A DNA stretch of 64,000 nt from Candidatus Beckwithbacteria bacterium GW2011_GWC1_49_16 (GCA_001029675.1 CP011210.1:777280-841279); one strand, 5' to 3'. Counted from the stretch's first letter, positions 37,935-48,318 are shown. Numbers and translations are program-made. The notes: generated by a model not told the origin, from the sequence alone.

Positions 37935-39050
37935 ATGGAGGAAAAACGGTCCTGGCCATCAATCAACGCCGTTCTGGCGGCGGCAGTGGTTTTACTGTTT
38001 TTGTACCTGTTTGTCACGGGCGAGACGACGCGGTTTTACGCCAGTTTGCTGTTTGGGCTTTACGCGCTTTTAGGCCAAATGTGGTGGGCGGTGGTGGGCT
38101 TGGGGGTGTTTCAGACGATATTAATGGTACCGTTCAGGGTGATAAATCTGGCTAATGCCCGGCACGTTAAAGAGTTTAAGGAAAAGTTGAAGCAGGCGGG
38201 AGTGGAAAATAATCAACAATTTGTCATTAGGCAGAGGGTTCGCGGCGGCGACGTCAATTTACTTTTTTATTTAGTCAACTTTTTTATCCAGACGATTTCT
38301 TACGTTACCATCGGTTGGTTGTTTCTGACCGATTTCTACAGCGTTAAACTTGACCCGGGACGGCTTTATGACTTTATCCCCTATCCAAATTACCCGATCC
38401 AAGGGACGATTTATAATCTGCCCTACTTGAGGTTTGCCGAAACGGTGGACTTGGGGATCGGTTGGGTGTTGGTTGCCTGGGCGGGCGCAATCATTTACAA
38501 AATCTTGGTGCAAAAGTTTGCCGAGTTTTACCGTAAAAGAAAACAAACCACGGGTGAGATCGATGAGGGCCGGGTGGCAGACTCAATCAAGCGCTTTTTG
38601 CGGGGTTCGAGCGGAGCCTTGACGGTGATTATGGTCGGCTCCTGGTTTTTGCTGCGAAACTGGCCCAAGAAAATTGCCTGGGCGCTTTTTAGCGGCGACG
38701 TCAGCCTGGTAAACTACCGCTTTAACCTGATTACCGCTTTGATGACGGCGTTTATCATCATCTGGCTTAACTTGCCCAAAATCTATAAAAAGGTGGACCT
38801 GGCCCGAGAGCAAGGCATTGCCGAGGCAGTAATCAGAAAAACCCAAAACGAGCTTTTCCGCGAAACCCTAAGAAGCGCGCTGGTGTTTGGCTTGGGCGCC
38901 TTTTTTATCACCCGGCAGATCCCCAGCGCTTTTGAGTTGTCGATTTTTACTTTTGAAGTGATTTCGCTTATCTCGCCCTTGACGCTGGACCGGCTGATTT
39001 TGTCTAAAAGAGTTCAGGTTTTGACCGGAGACTTGGAAGAGAAAGGATAA
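37935..39050 (+). CDS. polytopic membrane protein, possibly YidC/Oxa1-like insertase
   Basis: TM1 followed by a Lys-rich amphipathic segment, then RGGDVNLLFYLVNFFIQ, reminiscent of the YidC core. Weak. Confidence 0.3.
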   Translation: MEEKRSWPSINAVLAAAVVLLFLYLFVTGETTRFYASLLFGLYALLGQMWWAVVGLGVFQTILMVPFRVINLANARHVKEFKEKLKQAGVENNQQFVIRQRVRGGDVNLLFYLVNFFIQTISYVTIGWLFLTDFYSVKLDPGRLYDFIPYPNYPIQGTIYNLPYLRFAETVDLGIGWVLVAWAGAIIYKILVQKFAEFYRKRKQTTGEIDEGRVADSIKRFLRGSSGALTVIMVGSWFLLRNWPKKIAWALFSGDVSLVNYRFNLITALMTAFIIIWLNLPKIYKKVDLAREQGIAEAVIRKTQNELFRETLRSALVFGLGAFFITRQIPSAFELSIFTFEVISLISPLTLDRLILSKRVQVLTGDLEEKG

Positions 39051-39781
39051 GCGACCGGGCCTAAAGGAATTTGGTCTTGGGGGTCGTCGACGAAGAGCAA
39101 GACCACCCGGCCTTGTTTGGGGCCGGGGTAGAAACCTAAAGCATGCATTACCTCGGGGGAGCCGCCAAACTGCTTGCCGGTGAATACGGCCGGGCCGGCG
39201 TCGCCGATGACGGCAACCACGGCTTGACCGGTGGCGGGGTTGACAACTAAAACCTTGCGGTGGCGATACCAATCCCTTAAAGCCCGTAAATCTTGGTTCC
39301 AGTTGGGCAGGTAAAAAGTTTGGACGGCGACGTAGTAGCGTTCGGCGACGGGGTCGTCAAAATAACCCCAGGCGCCGCGGTTAGCGGTCAAGCCAACTTC
39401 GGGAAAAAGGTGGCCGGCTATGGTATCGCCGGGAAAACGGGGCAGATGTTGTTCTAAGCCGATGCGGCCGAGTTGGTGGTTTAAACGGTGGCCGTCAAGC
39501 TCCACCGCGGTGGCTAGCCCCAAAGTGCCGGAAATGGCTTGGAGCAGCTTTTTCTCTTCCTTTTGAGTTAAAACCCGAGAAAAGGGAGGCAAGGCGTGGT
39601 CGAGTTTGTCGGCCAGCAGGGCTTGGAGCTCTAAGGGTGTCACCAGGCCGAGTTTTAAGCGGTATGAAGCTGATCTTTGGGGCAAGGGCTGGGTCAAGAA
39701 GGTAAAAATACCCCAAAGCGCCAAGACTAACGCGGCCAAACTAAAGGGCTTCATGGGCAGCCTGAAGACGGCGGCTGACAA
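39014..39781 (-). CDS. hypothetical secreted protein (possible RlpA-like double-psi beta-barrel)
   Basis: Signal peptide. VLVVNPATGQAVVAVIGDAGP...SPEVMHALG resembles the DPBB pattern. Confidence 0.3.
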   Translation of the reverse strand: MSAAVFRLPMKPFSLAALVLALWGIFTFLTQPLPQRSASYRLKLGLVTPLELQALLADKLDHALPPFSRVLTQKEEKKLLQAISGTLGLATAVELDGHRLNHQLGRIGLEQHLPRFPGDTIAGHLFPEVGLTANRGAWGYFDDPVAERYYVAVQTFYLPNWNQDLRALRDWYRHRKVLVVNPATGQAVVAVIGDAGPAVFTGKQFGGSPEVMHALGFYPGPKQGRVVLLFVDDPQDQIPLGPVAYPFSSKSPVKT

Positions 39782-41150
39782 CTTCCGGCCCCAAAACTTC
39801 CATCAGGGCAAAAAGCGGCGGGGTGGCGACCTTGCCGGTTAAACTCACCCTTAAAGTCATAAACAGCTCTTTTGTGGTCCAGCCGGTAAGCTCAATAAGG
39901 TCGTGGCCGATTTTTTCTAAGTTTTTTTCCTGCCAGTCGGCGGCGGAATTTTTGGCGAAAGCGGAAACAGTTTGGCCCAAGGCGGTTTTGACGGCGGCGC
40001 GGTCTTTGCCTGACTGGGCGACGATGAGGTCAAGCGGCGCTTTGATGTCGCCGGCGAAATAATCTAAAAACAAGTTGATGTCGTTTAGAGTCACCAGGCG
40101 GTCGCGGACCAGGGGAAGAATGCTGGTTAGTTTGGCGTCGGCAAGTTTGAACTTAAGCCTGGGTTTGACCAAGGCGAAAAGCTCTTGGTTTGAAAGCTGG
40201 CGGATGTATTTGGCGTTGAAGTAATTGAGTTTTTTGAGGTCAAAGATGGGATTTTGCTTTTGGACTTTTTTGAGGTCAAAAAGTTTGACCAGTTTTTTTA
40301 AGTTTAAAAGCTCGGAGTTATCATTGTGCGACCAACCCAAATAAGCCATAAAGGTGATCAGGGGTTCAACCAGGTACCCCTCATCAAGGTAGTCTAAAAC
40401 CGATTTAGCGCCGTGGCGCTTGGAGAGCTTGGCGTGATCCGGGCCTAAGATGACCGGGAAGTGGCCAATTTTGGGCACCGGCCAACCAAAGGCTTGATAC
40501 AAAAGCAAATGCTTCGGGGTGGACGAGATCCACTCGACGCCGCGGAGGATGTGGCTTACTTTCATTAAGTGGTCGTCGACGACGACGCCAAGATGGTAGG
40601 TGGGGAATTGATCTGATTTTAAAAGCACCTGGTCATCGATCTGGTTGTTTTTAAAGCTGATTTTGCCCTGGATTAAATCTACCCAAGAAGTTTCACCAGT
40701 GTCAGGAACTTTGAGGCGGATGACGTGAGGGGTTCTTTTGGCAAGCTGGGTTTTAACCTGGGCCCGAGTCAATTTTAAACAGCGGCGGTCGTAGCGGGGC
40801 AAAGCACCCCTTTTTTGTTGAGCTTTTCTCATGGCGGAGAGTCTTTCCTGGGTACAAAAACAGTAGTAGGCCTTACCGCTTTTGACCAGCTTTTCGGCGT
40901 GGTCTTGGTAGATTTTAAGGCGCTCGGACTGGGCGAACGGACCCTCGTCCCAGGCGATCCCCACGGCTTTGAGGATGGCAAGAATTTTTGGCAGGCTGTC
41001 GGGCTGTAAACGAGCCCGGTCGGTGTCTTCGATTCTTAAAACAAACTGCCCTTGATTTTTTTGGGCGAAAACATAGTTGTACAAAGCCGTCCGGGTGTTG
41101 CCGATATGGGGCACGCCGGTAGGGCTGGGGGCAAAACGGACTCGAACCAT
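39741..41150 (-). CDS. gltX: glutamate--tRNA ligase
   Basis: HIGN motif (PSPTGVPHIGNTRTAL) and KLSKR. Confidence 0.9.
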   Translation of the reverse strand: MVRVRFAPSPTGVPHIGNTRTALYNYVFAQKNQGQFVLRIEDTDRARLQPDSLPKILAILKAVGIAWDEGPFAQSERLKIYQDHAEKLVKSGKAYYCFCTQERLSAMRKAQQKRGALPRYDRRCLKLTRAQVKTQLAKRTPHVIRLKVPDTGETSWVDLIQGKISFKNNQIDDQVLLKSDQFPTYHLGVVVDDHLMKVSHILRGVEWISSTPKHLLLYQAFGWPVPKIGHFPVILGPDHAKLSKRHGAKSVLDYLDEGYLVEPLITFMAYLGWSHNDNSELLNLKKLVKLFDLKKVQKQNPIFDLKKLNYFNAKYIRQLSNQELFALVKPRLKFKLADAKLTSILPLVRDRLVTLNDINLFLDYFAGDIKAPLDLIVAQSGKDRAAVKTALGQTVSAFAKNSAADWQEKNLEKIGHDLIELTGWTTKELFMTLRVSLTGKVATPPLFALMEVLGPEVVSRRLQAAHEAL

Positions 41151-41166
41151 AATTTAGGAAATAACC

Positions 41167-41187
41167 TCTAGCTTCTAGCTTCTAGTA
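41167..41187. repeat. three tandem heptamers (TCTAGCT)n, intergenic
   Basis: tctagct tctagct tctagta between gltX and the downstream gene. Confidence 0.7.
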
Positions 41188-41211
41188 ACTTGGTTATATT
41201 ATACTCAAAGT

Positions 41212-42279
41212 ATGGCGAGTTTGACGGAAACGGCACTGATAGCCAGGCGAGCGGTAAAGTTTGGCGGTTTGGCTTTGGCGGTGATTATTGTCATCAAACT
41301 GGGTTTGGCTTTTTATAACACCTACCTTAAAGTGGTTAACCCGCCTCCCCCGCCGCCGCCGACGGTGGCTTTTGGCAAGCTGCCGGAGATAAGTTTTCCC
41401 CAAAAGATTCACCCGGAGCTGACCTTAAGGCTGGAAACACCGACAGGGGGAACGCCTGACCTGGGAGACAGAGCCACTGTCTACCTGATGCCCACGTACC
41501 GGTCGAACCTTCTGGCTTTGGACCAAGCCAAAGAAACTGCCGAGAAGATGAGGTTTAGAGACGAGCCGAGAGAAATAACCGAAAGACGTTTTCTTTGGGA
41601 AGACAACCAGTTTTTGCCCAGCTCGCTTGAAATGGACATTATCAACGGGTCTTTTTTACTCAAAAGGAATTGGCAGGCGGACCCGACGATACTCACCGAA
41701 AAACAGCTGCCGGGCAAAGAACAGGTGGTGGTGGAAGCCAAGCAGTTTTTGCGCCAGGCCGGACTTCTGACCGAGGAACTCGATGACGCCAGGGTGGAAA
41801 TTTCTTACCTTAACTTTTCCGGCGGCCAGTACGTGCCGGCAGTGAGCCTGTCGGAGGCCGACTTTGTCGAAGTGAATATTTACCGGCCGGATATAGACGA
41901 GGTACCGGTGTTGCCGGCCGACCCCGACCGCGGCATTGTCCGCTTAATTTTCTCCGGGTCGCGCGAGGCCCAACAGCGGATTATCCAGGCAGAGTATAAC
42001 TATTATCCGGTGGATAAAGACCAGTCGGCGACTTATCCGGTCAAGACGGCCAGCCAGGCTTGGAGGGAGCTTGTCACCAGACAAGGATATATTGCCAGCG
42101 TGGGCGACAACCCCAGCGGAGTGGTGGTGATCAGGCGGATTTATCTTGGTTACTATGACAATGAGGTGTCGCAGGGATTTTTGATGCCGATCATTGTCTT
42201 TGAGGGAGACAACGGTTTTTTTGGCTACGTGTCGGCGACTCTCAATGAATGGCTTGAGATGATTCCCAGCGGTGGTTGA
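41212..42279 (+). CDS. hypothetical membrane-anchored protein with poly-Pro linker
   Basis: N-terminal TM, PPPPPPP tract, no known motif. Confidence 0.4.
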   Translation: MASLTETALIARRAVKFGGLALAVIIVIKLGLAFYNTYLKVVNPPPPPPPTVAFGKLPEISFPQKIHPELTLRLETPTGGTPDLGDRATVYLMPTYRSNLLALDQAKETAEKMRFRDEPREITERRFLWEDNQFLPSSLEMDIINGSFLLKRNWQADPTILTEKQLPGKEQVVVEAKQFLRQAGLLTEELDDARVEISYLNFSGGQYVPAVSLSEADFVEVNIYRPDIDEVPVLPADPDRGIVRLIFSGSREAQQRIIQAEYNYYPVDKDQSATYPVKTASQAWRELVTRQGYIASVGDNPSGVVVIRRIYLGYYDNEVSQGFLMPIIVFEGDNGFFGYVSATLNEWLEMIPSGG

Positions 42280-43168
42280 TAAAGGCCCAGTCGATTAACT
42301 TCACACTTTCGCCGAAGCGGTCGGAGCTACCTAAAACGACGGTGATGACGGCGCGGCCGTCTCTTTGGGTGGAGGTAACCAGGCACTCGCCGGCAAGTTC
42401 GGTCCAGCCGGTTTTGACGCCGGAGAGACCGTCGACGCGACCGAGAAGTTCGTTGATGGTTTCAAGTTGATGAAAAATAGTCGAGTCGACGTCGGAGACG
42501 GTGATCCCGGTGGTGGAGACCATCTTGGCAAAAGTGGGGTTGGCCATGGCGGCGGCGGCAATTAAGCCTAAATCGTGGGCGGTGGTGTAGTGGCCGTAGG
42601 CGTCCAGGCCGGTGGCGTTTTGAAACTGGGTATTAGTTAAATTTAAATCTTTGACTTTCTGGTTCATGGCGGCAATAAAGGCATCTTCGCCGCCGGGATA
42701 ATGTTGGGCTAAGACCGCGGCAGCGTCGTTGGCGGAAGCCACGAGTAAACCGTAAAGCAGGTTTTCGACGCTAATCCTCTCGCCAAGCGCCAGCTTCATG
42801 GTCTGGCCGACAACGCCGATCGAGTCGATGGTGATGACTTGATCCAAAGGGTAGTGCTCCAGGGCGATCAAACCAGTGACGATTTTGGTGGTGGAAGCGG
42901 GAAGCAACTTTAAATCAGGATTTTTTTGATAAAGGATGGCTTTGGAGTCGGCGTCTAAAACTACCACACCCGGGGCCGATGTATAGGGCGCGGGGATTCC
43001 GGTTAGGTTGACCGGGTAGAAGCCAACCGGCTCCGGGAGAGCCGCATTCACCTCTTTTACCGGAGGACGAGCGGCGCTAAGATAAAGGTCGTAGTAATGG
43101 TTTCTTGCCGGCACCAGGCTTAAGATTAAGCTAGCAAAAATTAACTTGAGCTTAGAGTCACCAGTCAT
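42242..43168 (-). CDS. D-alanyl-D-alanine carboxypeptidase (serine peptidase S11, PBP5-like)
   Basis: SxxK (STTK), SxN (SAN), KTG (KTGWT). Confidence 0.8.
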   Translation of the reverse strand: MTGDSKLKLIFASLILSLVPARNHYYDLYLSAARPPVKEVNAALPEPVGFYPVNLTGIPAPYTSAPGVVVLDADSKAILYQKNPDLKLLPASTTKIVTGLIALEHYPLDQVITIDSIGVVGQTMKLALGERISVENLLYGLLVASANDAAAVLAQHYPGGEDAFIAAMNQKVKDLNLTNTQFQNATGLDAYGHYTTAHDLGLIAAAAMANPTFAKMVSTTGITVSDVDSTIFHQLETINELLGRVDGLSGVKTGWTELAGECLVTSTQRDGRAVITVVLGSSDRFGESVKLIDWAFINHRWESSQAIH

Positions 43169-44589
43169 TTAACTAACTTAAGGTGAAGCTCTTTGAGCTG
43201 TTCGGGTGTCGCCGGGCTGGGAGCGTCCATGACGGCGGTTTGACCGGAGGAGACGGCGGGAAAAGCAATCACTTCGCGCAAACTGGGTTCGGCAAGCGCC
43301 GCCATCAAAAAGCGGTCGATGCCGGGAGCAATACCCCCGTGAGGCGGGACTCCGTAACCAAAAGCAGTCAACATGTGGTCGAACTGATTTTTTTGTTTAT
43401 CAGTAAAACCGATTAAATCGAAGATTTTTTCCTGAACCGCCGGGTCGTGGATTCTGACCGAGCCGCCGCCGACCTCGTAACCGTTTAGAACCAAGTCGTG
43501 CTGGAGGCCACGGACCTTTAAGGGGTCAGATTCCAACAGTTTGACGTCATCGGGGTGAGGGGCGGTAAACATGTGGTGCGAGGGGGCGTATTTTACCCCG
43601 GCGCCGTGGAAAAAATCTTCCTGGGTCTGTTTGACCAGTAAGGGAAAGTCGATAATCCAGGCGAAAGCCAACTCGTCGGGGTCTTTTTTGTCTTTTCTCA
43701 AGTCGGGTTTGTCGGAGCCATATTTTTTTATCGCTTCGGCGTGGGCAATCCTTGGCCAAGGGGTGGCAGTGACCTTTTTGTCGGGGAAAATCTCCTTAAC
43801 CAACCCTGTAAACAGCTCTTCGGTTAAACTCAAGATCTCGTTTTGGTCGACAAAAGACATTTCCAAATCAAGTTGGGTAAATTCGCCGTAAGCTCTATCG
43901 TGGCGGGGATCTTCGTCCCGGAAACAGCGAGCGATTTGAAAGTAACGCTCAAAGCCGGCGACCATGAGAAGCTGTTTATACTGCTGGGGACTTTGGGGCA
44001 AAGCGTAGAATTGGCCCGGTTTAAGGCGCGAAGGCACCAGAAAGTCGCGGGCGCCTTCGGGGGTAGTCTTGGTTAAAATCGGAGTTTCGATCTCGACAAA
44101 ATCCTGGTCGGTGAGAAAGTCGTGGATGAACTTGACCGCCCGGGAGCGAAGCCTTATGTTTTTGGCCATGCGGGGGCGGCGCAAGTCTAGATAGCGGTAT
44201 TTAAGGCGAACCTGTTCGTCGATGTCGCGGCCGTCGGTGTCGATGGGCAAGGGCAGCTCACGGCTGACAGTAATCACCTCGACTGTCTGCGCCGCAACCT
44301 CGACCTTGCCGGTGGTGAGTTTCGGGTTGACCAGGTTTTGGGGGCGGGCTTTGACCCGCCCGGTAACTGCAACGACCGACTCGGGCTTAAGATCTTTGGC
44401 TAACTTCTCGCCGACCACCTGGACCAGGCCGGAGCGGTCGCGCAAATCAAAAAAAGTCAAGCCGCCATGGGAACGAACCGAGTTAATCCAACCTTTGAGG
44501 GTAACGGTTTTACCCACCAGTTCGAGGGTGGCGCCAGCTAAGGTACGGGTCATGAGTATGATTGTATCTGTATTCTCCCGCCTTGACAA
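43165..44589 (-). CDS. aspS: aspartate--tRNA ligase (short form lacking a large insertion domain)
   Basis: OB-fold N-terminus. Class II motifs FQIARCFRDED and GGGSVRIHD. 474 aa. Confidence 0.8.
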   Translation of the reverse strand: MSRRENTDTIILMTRTLAGATLELVGKTVTLKGWINSVRSHGGLTFFDLRDRSGLVQVVGEKLAKDLKPESVVAVTGRVKARPQNLVNPKLTTGKVEVAAQTVEVITVSRELPLPIDTDGRDIDEQVRLKYRYLDLRRPRMAKNIRLRSRAVKFIHDFLTDQDFVEIETPILTKTTPEGARDFLVPSRLKPGQFYALPQSPQQYKQLLMVAGFERYFQIARCFRDEDPRHDRAYGEFTQLDLEMSFVDQNEILSLTEELFTGLVKEIFPDKKVTATPWPRIAHAEAIKKYGSDKPDLRKDKKDPDELAFAWIIDFPLLVKQTQEDFFHGAGVKYAPSHHMFTAPHPDDVKLLESDPLKVRGLQHDLVLNGYEVGGGSVRIHDPAVQEKIFDLIGFTDKQKNQFDHMLTAFGYGVPPHGGIAPGIDRFLMAALAEPSLREVIAFPAVSSGQTAVMDAPSPATPEQLKELHLKLVK

Positions 44590-44619
44590 TAAAGAATTAT
44601 CTTATAGTATAATAATGCC

Positions 44620-45246
44620 ATGGATTATCCTGATCGGAAAATTTTTCCTTCGGCCATTCCCGGACAAGAGTTTAAAAGGTCGAGGGCAGTAGTGGCTGCC
44701 CTGCTAGCCCTAGAACTAGAGGGTACTGTCACAGTCGATGGTAAAGCTGTCAGCCCGGAGCATTTTTTAGAAGTAGGAGAGGGCGGAAAAATGATTTTCT
44801 CTTCCCAACCGGCTTTGAAAAACTTTGGCGCTGAAGTTAAAAGATTATTTGACCAGGCGGCTCGGGCCTTGGCCATGAAACAGGACGCTCAAACACCTTT
44901 TAACGAAATCGTCGCTGTTTTAAACCCTCAAAAACCAACTCCTCAAAAAAAACTCACACCTAGGCCATGGGAAGTCGATATTAATCAAGTAAGCGTTGAG
45001 TCTTTGTTGCCGGCGATAGAATATATCGTCAGTGACACTGCTAACCTTCTTGGACTTGACGAGTCAACATTTACTAAATTTGACCCAAAGAAAGGCCGTG
45101 TCAGTTTGAGGCCGACGATTAAAAACTTCGGCGAAAGTACCTATAGAGAGATAATTCAACAGGCGCTTAGGTTCACTTACGATGCGGGCCACCATGAACC
45201 GAGTGGAATAGTAACGGCTATGGTTAATGACGGGGTAAAATTATAA
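44620..45246 (+). CDS. hypothetical protein
   Basis: No motif. Confidence 0.35.
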   Translation: MDYPDRKIFPSAIPGQEFKRSRAVVAALLALELEGTVTVDGKAVSPEHFLEVGEGGKMIFSSQPALKNFGAEVKRLFDQAARALAMKQDAQTPFNEIVAVLNPQKPTPQKKLTPRPWEVDINQVSVESLLPAIEYIVSDTANLLGLDESTFTKFDPKKGRVSLRPTIKNFGESTYREIIQQALRFTYDAGHHEPSGIVTAMVNDGVKL

Positions 45247-46906
45247 TATCCTTGACTTTAAGCTGCAGCGATTTTTGATTATTCCAGACATTTTCATCGA
45301 TGGCGTAGGCAAGGTCGACCGTGGCTCCGGGAGAAAGGCTGGCTGATAACTGACCAAAGCCAAAGGCGATACCCCCTAGTTTCGAGTTTCGTGCTTCGTG
45401 CTTCGTGCTTAAAATTAGTTGGAGATGTTTGCCTTCCTTACCCACCTGGCGCAGGCGATCAAGTTTCACTCCCCTGGTGACAAAGACGGGCATGGGGTTG
45501 TCAAAACCAAATGGGGCAAAACGGCTTATCTCCCGATAAAGCTGCCAGCCGACGTCGGTTAAATTAATCTCGCAATCGACTTCCAAAACCGGTTTTAATT
45601 GCTCCGGCGTTAAACTCTCGGCAGCGACTTTTTGCAGCCGGGTTTTGATTTGGGGCAGGTTTTTGGTTTCGGCGGTAAAGCCGGCGGCAAGTTTATGGCC
45701 GCCGACTTCCAAAAACAGACTGCTTAGGCTTTGGAAGTTTTTGATTAAGTTGAAACCCTTGATGGAACGGGCTGAACCTTTGGATTGAGATTCACCGACG
45801 GCGACGACCACGGCCGGGCGGTGGAAGCTTCTGACCAATTGGCTCGCCACCAAGCCGACGATGCCGTCGTGGTAGCTGGGGTCGGAGACGAAGATGAGGT
45901 TTTGGTTTTTTTGCGCTTTGGCCTGGTCCAGGGCATGAAAAAAAGTTTTTCTGGTTAAATCCTGGCGGTTAAGATTGGCCGAGTTTAAGTCGCGGGAGAG
46001 CTTTTTGGCCCGGGCTTTATCGCGGGTGCAGAGTAAGCGCAGGGAATCGAGGGCCTGGTGGAGGCGGCCCATGGCGTTTAACCTGGGGGAAAGTAAAAAG
46101 CTGACTTGGTAATCATCCAGGGTTTTAAGATTGACGCCGGCGTCCCGGGCCAGAGTCACAAGGCCGGGGCGGGAGGTTTGGCGAAGATCGTTTAAGCCGT
46201 GGAAGGCCAAAGAGCGGTTGACCGACAAAAGCGGAACCATGTCGGCGATGGTGCCGAGAGCGGCGAGCTCGAGGGTGGTAACACTCCCGGAGTGGAGGAA
46301 ATGTTTCACTATTTCGCGGGCGAAAAACCAGGCGACGCCGGCACCGGAGGTCAAAGTGGTGTGGATGACGGCGGTGGCGGGGGGAAGTTTTTTTTGGGGG
46401 ACGTGGTGGTCGGAGATGATTAGGTCGATCCCCTCTTTTTTGGCAAACCGGGCGCCTTTGAAAGAGACGATGCCGTTGTCGACGGTGATGATTAAGGCGG
46501 GTTTATCTTTTTTTAAAATAGTGGTGATGCCGGCGACTGACAGGCCGCGGGTGGCGTCGCCCCTTAAGGGAATGAAGGGCAGGACTTTGGCGCCTAAGCG
46601 GTCTAAAGTTTCCCAGAGAATGGCGGTGGCGGTGATGCCGTCGGCGTCGTAGTCGCCGTAGATGTAGATTAATTGTTTTTGGGTTAAGGCCTGTTTGAGG
46701 CGGGTTAAAGCTTTTTTGACTTGTGACTCACTGATGCCGATTGTTTTTAAATCCAAGTCTTGGGGATGAGGGGGCTGGAAAAATTCTTTTTGGGCCGGTT
46801 TTGTCAGCAGGCGGCGATTTTTTAACAGAGCGGCGATGATCTGTTGGCGGCGGATTTTACTGCTTTTTCCGGAAACTTTTTGGTTGACGTGCCACACCTT
46901 GGTCAT
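45224..46906 (-). CDS. recJ: single-stranded-DNA-specific exonuclease RecJ
   Basis: DHH motifs (YGDYDADGITA, ISDHH). DHHA1 region. Confidence 0.85.
   Translation of the reverse strand: MTKVWHVNQKVSGKSSKIRRQQIIAALLKNRRLLTKPAQKEFFQPPHPQDLDLKTIGISESQVKKALTRLKQALTQKQLIYIYGDYDADGITATAILWETLDRLGAKVLPFIPLRGDATRGLSVAGITTILKKDKPALIITVDNGIVSFKGARFAKKEGIDLIISDHHVPQKKLPPATAVIHTTLTSGAGVAWFFAREIVKHFLHSGSVTTLELAALGTIADMVPLLSVNRSLAFHGLNDLRQTSRPGLVTLARDAGVNLKTLDDYQVSFLLSPRLNAMGRLHQALDSLRLLCTRDKARAKKLSRDLNSANLNRQDLTRKTFFHALDQAKAQKNQNLIFVSDPSYHDGIVGLVASQLVRSFHRPAVVVAVGESQSKGSARSIKGFNLIKNFQSLSSLFLEVGGHKLAAGFTAETKNLPQIKTRLQKVAAESLTPEQLKPVLEVDCEINLTDVGWQLYREISRFAPFGFDNPMPVFVTRGVKLDRLRQVGKEGKHLQLILSTKHEARNSKLGGIAFGFGQLSASLSPGATVDLAYAIDENVWNNQKSLQLKVKDIIILPRH
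45380..45407. repeat. four tandem heptamers (YTTCGWG)n inside recJ coding sequence
   Basis: tttcgag tttcgtg cttcgtg cttcgtg. Encodes STKHEARNS on the minus strand. Confidence 0.75.
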
Positions 46907-46926
46907 AATTTGGTTATAATCTTATC

Positions 46927-48318
46927 ATGAAGCTTGAGTTGCCGGCTTCGGTAAAAAAAGTCTTAAAGACTTTAGCTGATGCCGGATTTGAAGTTTATAT
47001 TGTGGGCGGGGCGGTGAGGGATATTTTGACCGAAACTGCCGTCACCGACTGGGACTTTACCACTGACGCTAGGCCTGAGGAAATTACCAAGCTTTTTCCT
47101 GACGCTTTTTACGACAACGTCTTTGGCACGGTGGGGGTGGCGGAAGAACACCTCGGAGGCAAAGGCGAGGGTGTTTATGAAATCACTACCTTTAGAACTG
47201 AAAGTGGCTATTCTGATCGCAGACGCCCGGACCAGGTCACTTGGGGCAAATCTTTAGAAGAGGACTTGAAGAGGCGTGACTTTACCATCAATGCCATGGC
47301 TTTGAAAATCCGAAATCCGAAATCCGAAATCCGAAAAAAATTTGAGGCGGAAGTGGTGGATCCTTTTAGGGGAGAAGCCGACCTGCAAAGCAGGTTAATC
47401 CGGGCGGTGGGAGACGCCAACAAAAGGTTTAAGGAAGATGCTTTGCGGATGATGCGGGCGATCAGGATTGGGGCGCAGTTAAAGTTTGCCATTGAAGCGA
47501 AAACTTTGGCGGCGATCAAAAAAGATAGCCGGCTAATTGGTGAAATTGCCGCCGAAAGGATCAGAGACGAACTTTTGAAAATAATCGCCTCCCCTTATCC
47601 TAAGGAAGGAATTTTGCTGATGGCCAACAGCGGATTACTGGCTCAAGTTTTGCCGGAAATAATTCCCATGCGCGGGGTCCAGCAAGGCGGGCACCACACT
47701 AAAGACGTCTGGAATCACTCTTTGGATTCTTTGGCGGCTTGCCCCTCGCCGGACCCGATGGTGAGGCTGGCGACGCTACTTCATGACGTCGGTAAACCTC
47801 AAGTCAAAAAAGACCGGGGACGGGGCAAGGAAATTACTTTTTACAACCACGAGGTGGTGGGGGCGCGGATGACCAAGGTAATTGCCGAAAGACTCAAACT
47901 GTCTAAAAAACAAAAAAATTTGTTGTGGATCCTGGTACGCTGGCACATGTTTGCTTATGAACCGCAGATGACCGACAAGGCTGTAAGACGCTTTATCCGC
48001 CGGGTGGGCCGTGACAATATTAACAAGATGATGATGCTACGAATCGGCGACCGGGTGGGCGGCGGCACCAAGGCTACCTCCTGGAGATTGAGGGAGCTGC
48101 AAGAGCGGATCGGTCAGGTGCTTTACAGCCCGATGGAAATCAAGGACTTAAAGGTGAACGGCCGCGATGTAATGAAGATTTTGGAAATTAAGTCGGGGCC
48201 AAAGGTGGGTGAAATTCTAAAGAAGCTGTTTGACGAGGTGATGGAAGACGCCGGCAAAAACAAGCGCGAGTACTTGCTGAAGCGGATTAAGCAACTCTAT
48301 CACACACCGGGTGTGTGA
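46927..48318 (+). CDS. cca: CCA-adding tRNA nucleotidyltransferase with HD domain
   Basis: Head motif GGAVRD. HD motif LLHDVGKP. The last codons HTPGV* are contributed by a REP element. Confidence 0.8.
   Translation: MKLELPASVKKVLKTLADAGFEVYIVGGAVRDILTETAVTDWDFTTDARPEEITKLFPDAFYDNVFGTVGVAEEHLGGKGEGVYEITTFRTESGYSDRRRPDQVTWGKSLEEDLKRRDFTINAMALKIRNPKSEIRKKFEAEVVDPFRGEADLQSRLIRAVGDANKRFKEDALRMMRAIRIGAQLKFAIEAKTLAAIKKDSRLIGEIAAERIRDELLKIIASPYPKEGILLMANSGLLAQVLPEIIPMRGVQQGGHHTKDVWNHSLDSLAACPSPDPMVRLATLLHDVGKPQVKKDRGRGKEITFYNHEVVGARMTKVIAERLKLSKKQKNLLWILVRWHMFAYEPQMTDKAVRRFIRRVGRDNINKMMMLRIGDRVGGGTKATSWRLRELQERIGQVLYSPMEIKDLKVNGRDVMKILEIKSGPKVGEILKKLFDEVMEDAGKNKREYLLKRIKQLYHTPGV
47308..47335. repeat. 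four tandem heptamers (ATCCGAA)n inside cca coding sequence
   Basis: atccgaa x4 followed by an A7 run. Encodes IRNPKSEIRKK. Confidence 0.8.
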
